Shown in pieces: positions 1 through 6,978 of a stretch of 24,000 nt of DNA. Origin of the DNA: Pseudobdellovibrio sp. HCB154 (GTDB taxonomy: Bacteria; Bdellovibrionota; Bdellovibrionia; Bdellovibrionales; Bdellovibrionaceae). How positions within the stretch are numbered: position 1 is the stretch's first letter; every line of letters begins with the position of its first letter. The stretch spans positions 478,881-502,880 of the forward strand of contig NZ_CP176530.1 in assembly GCF_046267985.1 (NCBI RefSeq), in the 5' to 3' direction. Below the pieces are notes generated by a model. That model did not search any database. It was not told where the DNA came from and saw nothing but the letters and a program-made list of their open reading frames with translations. A program made the position numbers and the translations under genes.

Positions 1-562
1 TATCGCCAACGAAGTGACCCATTAAACCCATATTCACGATCATTGAGTAGAAATGTTTGTTAAATGGTAACTCGTCGTTTTGTTCTTCTTTGCTGTTTGC
101 TGGAGCTGGGTTCATCGCTACTTCTTCAGCGTCTTTTAAAGCTAAACGGTAAAACTGATCAGCTCTCCACCAGTTAGACCCGAAATCTTGTGGGATAGAT
201 TGAATGCGCGAATTGCGTTTATGCATGTTTTCTTTGCCCGTGTATTTTTCAACAATGGCTTTGTAATCAGTAGGAACATCTTTAATACCGATTCCTAAAA
301 TTTCTACATCGATAAAATGACCAGCGTCTCCGTGTTTGCGAGTGTCTGCAGATAATGATTTCCAGTAGATATCTGGAATATTGCACAGGTGACCCATCAC
401 ATGTTCTTTTTGTAATAAAAAATCTTTAAGTGGTTTGGCTTGCACAAGGTGAACAGCCGCTTCACAGATAGTGTGGTGGCCACGGTGACCCCACGCTAGC
501 GCGTTCTGTGCGCTGAACGCTAAACCCACAACAGTTAACGAAGAAAACAGTTTTAATGACAT
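1..562 (-). CDS. Secreted S1/P1-type zinc nuclease (N-terminal ~187 aa; 3' end of gene lies beyond window start)
   Basis: Own reverse-strand translation from ATG at 562-560, with a GGGAAAGGG SD-like run ~7 nt upstream. Product: MSLKLFSSLTVVGLAFSAQNALA|WGHRGHHTICEAA...GDAGHFIDVE...NMGLMGHFVGD. The signal peptide has an A-x-A cleavage site that would expose an N-terminal Trp. W-G-x-x-G-H, H-F-x-D and H-x-x-G-D motifs match the S1/P1 nuclease (phospholipase C/P1 nuclease) superfamily. The frame is open to position 1. Confidence 0.7.
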   Translation of the reverse strand, partial: MSLKLFSSLTVVGLAFSAQNALAWGHRGHHTICEAAVHLVQAKPLKDFLLQKEHVMGHLCNIPDIYWKSLSADTRKHGDAGHFIDVEILGIGIKDVPTDYKAIVEKYTGKENMHKRNSRIQSIPQDFGSNWWRADQFYRLALKDAEEVAMNPAPANSKEEQNDELPFNKHFYSMIVNMGLMGHFVGD

Positions 563-648
563 AAAAGGACCCTTTCCCTTATTTTTTCAGCAGCTAGTTT
601 GGCTTTCCTGTTAAGGGGCCATCAAGTTATTTTTTTATTAATGCTTAC

Positions 649-1434
649 GTGTTGCACAGAGCTGCGATTTCCCTTATAAAATCAAGCGTGGGCGACACTC
701 TAAACACTTTCACATTCAAACCCATTGGCTTTATTAAAAGCGCTTATCCCGATAAATTTGGCGTTCCTCGCCAATCGGGGCTTGTTAAACAAACAGTGTC
801 TGAACTTTCGATCTTACCTGAATGGCAGCCTGAGTTTGCCTTACAGGGTTTAGAAGAATATTCGCACGTGTGGGTGACGTGGGTATTTCACTTAAATACC
901 AACACGAAATATCATCCAAAAATTCACCCCCCACGTTTAAAAGGTGAAACGATTGGTGTGTTTGCCACACGTTCTCCGCACAGGCCAAATCCTTTAGGAT
1001 TATCGTTAGCCACTGTTGAAAAAATTGAAGGCGGAAAAATTTATCTCGGCGGACTAGACTTAGTTGATGGAACACCGATCTTAGATATCAAACCATATCT
1101 TCCGCAGTTTGAATCTTTACCATCGGCGCGTGGTGGCTGGGCTACAAAAGATGAAAACCAAGTGGCGACGATTGAAGTTTCTTTCAACGACGAAGCTCGT
1201 GTGATCTTAAATCATTGGATGGAGCGTTTAGATAATTCTAAATTAGAAGAAACCATTATTGATATTTTAAAACAAGATCCGCGTCCGGTAGTTTACCGTG
1301 GTTTTGAAGAATCGGGTAATTCTCCGTACCGCAGTGACCATGCGTTTCGTTTGTATGACGGAGATATTCATTTTCGTTTTACCGCGCCCACGAAGGCCGA
1401 AGTTTTTGCCATTAAATTTGTGAGTGAAAAATAA
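649..1434 (+). CDS. trmO: tRNA (N6-threonylcarbamoyladenosine37-N6)-methyltransferase TrmO (TsaA/YaeB family)
   Basis: 261-aa ORF. GFIKSAYPDKFGVPRQSGLV, HVWVTWVFH, GVFATRSPHRPNPLGLS and LDLVDGTPILDIKPY match the TsaA/YaeB signature. GTG 649 is the longest start. GTG 688 would give an N-terminus closer to typical family members, so the start is uncertain. Confidence 0.85.
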   Translation: MLHRAAISLIKSSVGDTLNTFTFKPIGFIKSAYPDKFGVPRQSGLVKQTVSELSILPEWQPEFALQGLEEYSHVWVTWVFHLNTNTKYHPKIHPPRLKGETIGVFATRSPHRPNPLGLSLATVEKIEGGKIYLGGLDLVDGTPILDIKPYLPQFESLPSARGGWATKDENQVATIEVSFNDEARVILNHWMERLDNSKLEETIIDILKQDPRPVVYRGFEESGNSPYRSDHAFRLYDGDIHFRFTAPTKAEVFAIKFVSEK

Positions 1435-1889
1435 TGACAGAACTTAACGAACAACATGACATTTTCGTTAAGCACTTAAAAAGATTTGATCTCGTTCTAT
1501 TGCATTACCGTTATAAATTTCAAAATTCGTTTTATGCTCACCCAGCGGCATTGCCTTTAGAGTCGATGTTTTATATTTATGCTCGTGCTGAAAAAAATTT
1601 AACGATTCAATTTAGTTTTATTATCAATCGCGTTCAGCAACGAAGAATCGAAATTGAATTTCGTATGAACGATGGCGAGATGGGGTTTTTCTTATTAAAC
1701 GAATACCAAAAACGCCATCAGTTAGAGCATAAAATAGAAACTGCATTTTCTGACAGTTGTGATTTTGAAGTCGCTATGGAAAAATTTTTCGCTGATTTAA
1801 AACTGGCGGTTGAGACGCATTTGAATGACCAAATCTCGGGGTTCACCTTCGAGCGCCATAATGATCTAGGTCTTGGAAAGCTGGATTAG
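1434..1889 (+). CDS. Hypothetical cytoplasmic protein, translationally coupled to trmO
   Basis: 151-aa ORF whose ATG overlaps the trmO stop (TAATGA, shared base at 1434). No signal peptide, TM segment or recognisable motif. Confidence 0.55.
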   Translation: MTELNEQHDIFVKHLKRFDLVLLHYRYKFQNSFYAHPAALPLESMFYIYARAEKNLTIQFSFIINRVQQRRIEIEFRMNDGEMGFFLLNEYQKRHQLEHKIETAFSDSCDFEVAMEKFFADLKLAVETHLNDQISGFTFERHNDLGLGKLD

Positions 1890-2033
1890 AGCGGATTTAG
1901 CACTGTCTATTCCCTTTACAGTCCTGAAAAATCGCCAAAACTATGCTTAACACGTCGCCATTTTCTAGAGATTTTGCCTAATATATGGTTTATTGGTTTG
2001 GTTTGAAAATAACGCTAAGTAGGGGAGATTTGC

Positions 2034-3020
2034 ATGCAAACGCAAGACGCTGCTAAAAAAGAGACTCAATCAACGTTACGTAAAGTTCCAACATTAAGCC
2101 TTGGAAGTTACACGAAAGGCTCTGAAGCCGACAAAGTGAAGTTCATCGAACAGCTTTTCACAGGCATTAAAGATTACGGTTTTATCGTGTTAAAAGATCA
2201 CGATGTTGATCAAGATCTTCTTAAACAATCGTATCAAATCTTAGAGAAATTCTACGCGCTTCCAGATGCAAAAAAACGCTCTTACATTTCTGAAAAAGGC
2301 GGCGGTCAACGTGGTTACACGGCGTTTGGTACTGAGCACGCTAAAGGCGCTGAAGTAAAAGATTTAAAAGAATTCTGGCACGTGGGTCGTGAAGTTCCAG
2401 ACGATCACCAATTTTCTAAATACTATCCAAAAAATATTTGGCCAGATGACACGATTCCTGAATTCCGTCCGGTGTTTGAAAAGTTATTTTCTAAACTAGA
2501 AGAAGCCGGAATCCAAATGATGGAAGCCTTAACGTATCCATTAGAAGTTGAAAAAACTTATTTTAAAAACATGGTGCAAGAAGGTAACTCGATCTTACGT
2601 TTACTTCATTACCCGCCAATTCCAGAGGGCACTGATCCTCGTTGCATCCGTGCAGCGGCTCATGAAGATATTAACTTTATCACGATATTACCTGCAGCTA
2701 CGCAGTCAGGTCTTCAATTAAAAGACCGCGATGGCACTTGGTTAGATATCGAATCTGATTTCGGAACATTAATCGTTGATGCGGGTGATATGTTAGCGCG
2801 TTTAACGAATGAAGTGATTCCATCAACAACTCACCGAGTGATCAATCCACAAGATGGAACAAATCAGTCTCGTTACTCAATGCCTTTCTTCATGCATCCA
2901 CATCCAGAAAGTTTATTAAGCTGTTTACCATCATGCCGTGGTGCGGGCGCTAAATACCCAGACATCACAGGTCACGAATTTTTGATGCAAAGACTTCGTG
3001 AAATTGGTTTAATTAAATAG
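2034..3020 (+). CDS. 2-oxoglutarate/Fe(II)-dependent oxygenase (isopenicillin-N-synthase-like family)
   Basis: 328 aa, with an AGGGGAGA SD ~7 nt upstream of the ATG. The facial triad and 2OG-binding motifs are in the right order: LLHYPP, AHEDINFITIL (H-x-D), STTHRV (distal His), RYSMPFF (R-x-S). Confidence 0.85.
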   Translation: MQTQDAAKKETQSTLRKVPTLSLGSYTKGSEADKVKFIEQLFTGIKDYGFIVLKDHDVDQDLLKQSYQILEKFYALPDAKKRSYISEKGGGQRGYTAFGTEHAKGAEVKDLKEFWHVGREVPDDHQFSKYYPKNIWPDDTIPEFRPVFEKLFSKLEEAGIQMMEALTYPLEVEKTYFKNMVQEGNSILRLLHYPPIPEGTDPRCIRAAAHEDINFITILPAATQSGLQLKDRDGTWLDIESDFGTLIVDAGDMLARLTNEVIPSTTHRVINPQDGTNQSRYSMPFFMHPHPESLLSCLPSCRGAGAKYPDITGHEFLMQRLREIGLIK

Positions 3021-3074
3021 TCCGAGCAGCTTAACTCTCGCTGCCGGCAAAGTCTGGCCAGCGGAGAAGAAGCT

Positions 3075-3833
3075 ATGAGAAAAGATTTGTTACTAGGAAT
3101 TGGAGCCACGTTAATCGCGATGGCTCTTTTTTATTTTGCAGACCATCCCACTGAAGCTTTAAATATCAAAAAAAATAAAATCGACTCAGATTCTGATTAC
3201 AACGTTCCTACGACTAAGATTGTGAATGAAAGTGTTCCGGCTGAAGTCGCTCGCCCGGCCGTTTCAGCCTCGGCCGCTTTACAACCAGGAGCAGCGCGCG
3301 ACACGATTTCAAAAAACTTCGTCGAGCATTTAAAAACGATCGGCACCTGCTTAAAAGTCTCTACAGCGATTGATAATCCAACGATTGAGCCAACTTATGA
3401 TAATTTACTTGTCAGCTTACGCCCGGGCTTAGGTGAAGTTGTGGTGCAAATGGATGATTGGACTCAGTTAGATCTGCAAAACCCAGATGGCTCACGCAAA
3501 AGAATTCGTACGGAAGTGAACTACGAAAATCCAAACGCACCGGTTAAATACGCCCAGCTTTACAATATCAACGATCAGGGCTTTCCTGAATTACAGCAAG
3601 TGGACCCCGAGAAAGCTCGTAATCCTTCGGATGATTATATTAATTATTTACGTGGAGGAGCCAACTTGGTTTTAGATGAACGCGGAAGCCGCGCCTATTT
3701 CCAAGAGGGTGAAGAGGTCGTTCTTGTTGAACGTGCCGGTATTATCGAATCTTTCTCGATTACGAAGAACGGCAAAACTGTCAGCTGTACGGGACTAGAT
3801 AAAATCGATTCCAACTGCCAGTGCGTCGAATAG
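3075..3833 (+). CDS. Hypothetical exported or N-terminally anchored protein
   Basis: 252 aa. N-terminal hydrophobic segment LLLGIGATLIAMALFYF, followed by a Ser/Ala/Pro-rich spacer and a Cys-containing C-terminal domain (C..C.C at the end). No family recognised. Confidence 0.6.
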   Translation: MRKDLLLGIGATLIAMALFYFADHPTEALNIKKNKIDSDSDYNVPTTKIVNESVPAEVARPAVSASAALQPGAARDTISKNFVEHLKTIGTCLKVSTAIDNPTIEPTYDNLLVSLRPGLGEVVVQMDDWTQLDLQNPDGSRKRIRTEVNYENPNAPVKYAQLYNINDQGFPELQQVDPEKARNPSDDYINYLRGGANLVLDERGSRAYFQEGEEVVLVERAGIIESFSITKNGKTVSCTGLDKIDSNCQCVE

Positions 3834-3862
3834 TCATAACTACCGACGTAAACACCGTGATC

Positions 3863-3934
3863 TTACGCGATCACGATGTGAGTTACGATAAGAGCAGCTA
3901 GTACAACCATTAATGACATATTTAAATTGTTCAT
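3863..3934 (-). CDS. Candidate 23-aa hydrophobic micro-ORF (MNNLNMSLMVVLAALIVTHIVIA)
   Basis: Own reading of the minus strand in the 322-bp spacer. ATG at 3934-3932 with an AAAGGGGA SD ~7 nt upstream. The stop codon lies in the loop of the 7-bp inverted repeat CGTGATC/GATCACG (3856-3875). Very short, so it could be chance. Confidence 0.2.
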   Translation of the reverse strand: MNNLNMSLMVVLAALIVTHIVIA

Positions 3935-4155
3935 GGGATTTTCCCCTTTCTTGGGTGTATTCATAAAACGAAATTACCCCTATTTCCACTGTCATGATTC
4001 TGACAGGGATTAACTTCACGAAGTGACAAATATCGAAAAAAGTATGTCATCTGATTAGACGATCGCTGATCAGATGCCCGTAAAATTAAGCCTGTTCTGG
4101 CCAGTATTCTGCTGTAAACGTCATTAGCCCGTACCGGGTTTGGTGAGGACGTATT

Positions 4156-5712
4156 GTGAAAAAGCTTGGATTATACCTATTTTTAACGATTCTATTGCAG
4201 GCCATGACGGCTTCGGCTGATCTATGGACTGTCACTCAACAATGGACCCCAGAGCTTGAGGTGAAGTACTCGGAGTGGGTAAAAGCCAATGCGCGCGTAG
4301 ACATGTTCTCGCGTGAATTTTTAGATACGAAAAAGACGATTAAAAATCCTTACTTTGGAATGACCACTGACTGCGCGGATACAGTGTATGCGTTACGTGT
4401 GATTTTCTCTTTTGAAAATGGACTTCCTTGGGCGATTAAAAATCCAGCGAGCCCGACAAAATCAATCATCGCACAATCGATGAAACGTTTTGATAACTAC
4501 CCAGAAGGTCATCCACGCTTACGTGCTTTTTTTAATATGTTATTTGATATCGTTTCAACAACGAGCTTACAGCATGATACGTATCCGGTTTCTATTAATA
4601 ACATTCGCCCAGGTGTTATCATCTTAACGGCAAAAATTAACCACCACTCTTGGACAATTGCTGGTATCGATGCCAAAGGTAATCCCCGTTTAGTGTATAA
4701 CTCGGTTGTGGGTAAAGCTTCAGGTTCAAAATTACAACAGCGTTCAAGCTGGCCGAATCCTTTCTGGGTTTTTCAGCCCGATGAGAAATTAACGAATCCG
4801 GCAGATCCGTTATCAGCAAAAATTAAAGTTCCAACTTATGTTAATGATGGTTACGCTGGCTTTCGCTACTGGATTCCAACTGATAAATTACAAACTGATG
4901 CCCGCATGCTTTCTGAATACAGCAACGATCAATATCAGTTAGATTTAAAATCTTGGAAGCAAACGATTCAAACTAAATTAGCGACGAAAAAAGAATCGCT
5001 GCAAGAAATTGTTGAGCGTTTATTGAAAGATGCTTGTGATGATGTAAAACAACGTATTACGGCGATTGATGAAGCTGAACACTATAAAAAGCAATTAAAA
5101 ATCGCGATTGTTAAAGAAGCTGAATTAAATCAAAAGAAAATCAGTGCAAGTCCGTTGGCGCAAGAAGATGAAGATCTTTTAGATATTTTAAAAGGTTTCA
5201 GAGCTGAAGAAAAAGTTCTTCCGAATATACAGTGTTTGGTGGCGAAACAGTATGACCAGTTATCAACACCAAGCCGTGACCGCCGTTTATTTGATGCGGT
5301 GATGTTAGCACGTGCGTACTTCACGCACGGCATTCAGCACTTAGGAACAAAAGGTTTTAGCGATATTCGCTTAAAACAATTTAAGAGAATTTTTGCTCAC
5401 CCCGAATTATCAGCGCGTGCTGAATCTGATTTAGCAACAAAAGCTATTGCTCCAAGCGAATTATCAATTTGTCGCGTAAAAATTGGTAAAGAAACTTTAG
5501 ATATGGCTGAAATCAAGCGCCGTCTTTTCAAAAGCTATTTATCTTCAAACCCGAATGAAGATATTCTTGGCCGCTGGGGCGGACGTGAAGGTCAGGCTTC
5601 TGGCTTAGCACAAGTGTGTCCGACTTACGGCGAAGTTTATAACCCGTATGATTTAGACCAAGCTGAATCAGAAGCACAGAATGAAATCCAAACTTATAAA
5701 GGGATGAACTAA
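4156..5712 (+). CDS. Secreted hypothetical protein (518 aa) with possible papain-like Cys/His N-terminal domain
   Basis: GTG start. Signal peptide MKKLGLYLFLTILLQAMTASA|DL. The N-terminal ~190 aa contain TDCADTVYALRV ... IRPGVIILTAKINHHSWTIAGID, which recalls the D-C-S-G ... P-G-D-hhhh ... H-h-G-I-Y layout of NlpC/P60-type hydrolases (weak, by eye). The C-terminal ~300 aa are helical and charged. Confidence 0.7.
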   Translation: MKKLGLYLFLTILLQAMTASADLWTVTQQWTPELEVKYSEWVKANARVDMFSREFLDTKKTIKNPYFGMTTDCADTVYALRVIFSFENGLPWAIKNPASPTKSIIAQSMKRFDNYPEGHPRLRAFFNMLFDIVSTTSLQHDTYPVSINNIRPGVIILTAKINHHSWTIAGIDAKGNPRLVYNSVVGKASGSKLQQRSSWPNPFWVFQPDEKLTNPADPLSAKIKVPTYVNDGYAGFRYWIPTDKLQTDARMLSEYSNDQYQLDLKSWKQTIQTKLATKKESLQEIVERLLKDACDDVKQRITAIDEAEHYKKQLKIAIVKEAELNQKKISASPLAQEDEDLLDILKGFRAEEKVLPNIQCLVAKQYDQLSTPSRDRRLFDAVMLARAYFTHGIQHLGTKGFSDIRLKQFKRIFAHPELSARAESDLATKAIAPSELSICRVKIGKETLDMAEIKRRLFKSYLSSNPNEDILGRWGGREGQASGLAQVCPTYGEVYNPYDLDQAESEAQNEIQTYKGMN

Positions 5713-5748
5713 GGTCCAGATTATTTAGTTACACTCTGGGTGTTGTCT

Positions 5749-5775
5749 CATGACTTCGCTAAACTAGAAGTCATG
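5749..5775 (+). promoter_or_regulatory. Perfect 9-bp inverted repeat (CATGACTTC-N9-GAAGTCATG) whose 3' arm contains the ATG of the downstream gene
   Basis: Read directly: arms at 5749-5757 and 5767-5775, with ATG 5773-5775 in the 3' arm. Located 37 nt after the stop of the upstream gene. No T-run follows, so it is not a canonical terminator. Confidence 0.3.
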
Positions 5776-6888
5776 AGAAACTTAATCATTTTACTCGTAG
5801 GCTTGTTCGCGTCTTTAACTTCTCAAGCTGAAATCATCGAATTTAAATTGCAAACTGAAGACCAAGCCTGCAAAGGGTTGTCGCAAGTTGTGGTCAGCCA
5901 GGATAAAATGGTTTTGTATCATCTTGAAGTTCCGATGTATGGAACAGGGCAAGTGCATTTACTTACAGGCAACTATCAAATCGATGCGGTTAATAAAGAG
6001 GGCTGTGCGTTTCAAGATGTAATTCAGATTTCTGATCTGCCGAATAAATTAATTAACGTTAACTTAGCAAAGTCAGTTCGTAAAACAGCCTCAACAGACA
6101 TGGAAACTTCGATGGGCTATGCAAAGCCTGCGGTTTTTAATCCGATGTCTTATAACTTATGGCCGTCTCCTTGGTGGGGCGGTTGGGGATACCAACAGTT
6201 CAATCAAAATTTCTATAACCCGTGCGGATGGAGTATGTACGGCTGTGGTGGAAACTATTATCCACATGGTGGCAACATCGCCATGGGTAAGCCAAATATC
6301 TACTTAACCGGAAAAGACGAAGGTAAGTTTAAATTAAAATTTACAGGGAATAGTTTTAACTTCTTAGCGACAGTGCCGTCGTTTAAAGAAAAAGAAATCA
6401 CCGGCGAACTTCGTAAAGGTAGTATTTATTCTGATAATACTTGGTACCCGTATTTATTTTACGATGCGCGTGTGAGTGACGAACATTTTCAAAGCACGCA
6501 AGGTTTCTGCGGAACGAGAAAAGAAATTTTCAAATTCATGATGGAAGGCTTGGCTAAATACGAATTCCCGAATCAGGCGAGAACTGATTTTGCTGAGTAT
6601 TGGTCAGTGAAAATTCCCGAAGCTTTAAAATACTGTGTCTACCCGCAAGCCAGCGCACAGTTAGATAAAGTGGCACCATTAGAATTTACTTTTGATGATA
6701 AATCACAGATACAAACAGAAAGATTATTTTACCTGGTGATTCCGCAAGACTATAAAGGTAAGCGTATTCCCACAAAAGAACACCGTTTTTCAGATAAACC
6801 AAAAAATCAATGGAAGCACTATAGCCGTACAGTGGCTCCAAAAATGCCTTATCTCTACGAGTGGGGTGTGGGCTTTATGTTTGAATAG
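5773..6888 (+). CDS. Secreted hypothetical protein with Trp/Gly/Tyr/Asn-rich segment
   Basis: The supplied ORF begins at GTG 5740, but ATG 5773 gives a clean signal peptide, MRNLIILLVGLFASLTSQA|E. The mature protein contains the aromatic/glycine-rich stretch YNLWPSPWWGGWGYQQFNQNFYNPCGWSMYGCGGNYYPHGGN. No family recognised. Confidence 0.7.
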   Translation: MRNLIILLVGLFASLTSQAEIIEFKLQTEDQACKGLSQVVVSQDKMVLYHLEVPMYGTGQVHLLTGNYQIDAVNKEGCAFQDVIQISDLPNKLINVNLAKSVRKTASTDMETSMGYAKPAVFNPMSYNLWPSPWWGGWGYQQFNQNFYNPCGWSMYGCGGNYYPHGGNIAMGKPNIYLTGKDEGKFKLKFTGNSFNFLATVPSFKEKEITGELRKGSIYSDNTWYPYLFYDARVSDEHFQSTQGFCGTRKEIFKFMMEGLAKYEFPNQARTDFAEYWSVKIPEALKYCVYPQASAQLDKVAPLEFTFDDKSQIQTERLFYLVIPQDYKGKRIPTKEHRFSDKPKNQWKHYSRTVAPKMPYLYEWGVGFMFE

Positions 6889-6904
6889 TTCATTAAGTTA
6901 AAGA

Positions 6905-6940
6905 AATAAAAAAGGGACTTTTAAGTCCCTTTTTTATTTC
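6905..6940. terminator. Bidirectional rho-independent terminator between convergent genes
   Basis: AAAAAAGGGAC-TTTTAA-GTCCCTTTTTTATTT: a GC-core stem flanked by an A-run upstream and a T-run downstream. It sits between the stop of the 5773-6888 gene (+) and the stop of valS (-). Confidence 0.8.
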
Positions 6941-6978
6941 TCATCTCGAATTTAAACGTAGCGAAAAAGGCCTGGCAC

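Noticed and set aside
5740-5772. GTG 5740 as start of the 382-aa ORF
   Set aside because: ATG 5773 yields a canonical signal peptide at the very N-terminus. The 11 extra residues (LSHDFAKLEV) look like translated hairpin sequence. GTG 5740 is not fully excluded.
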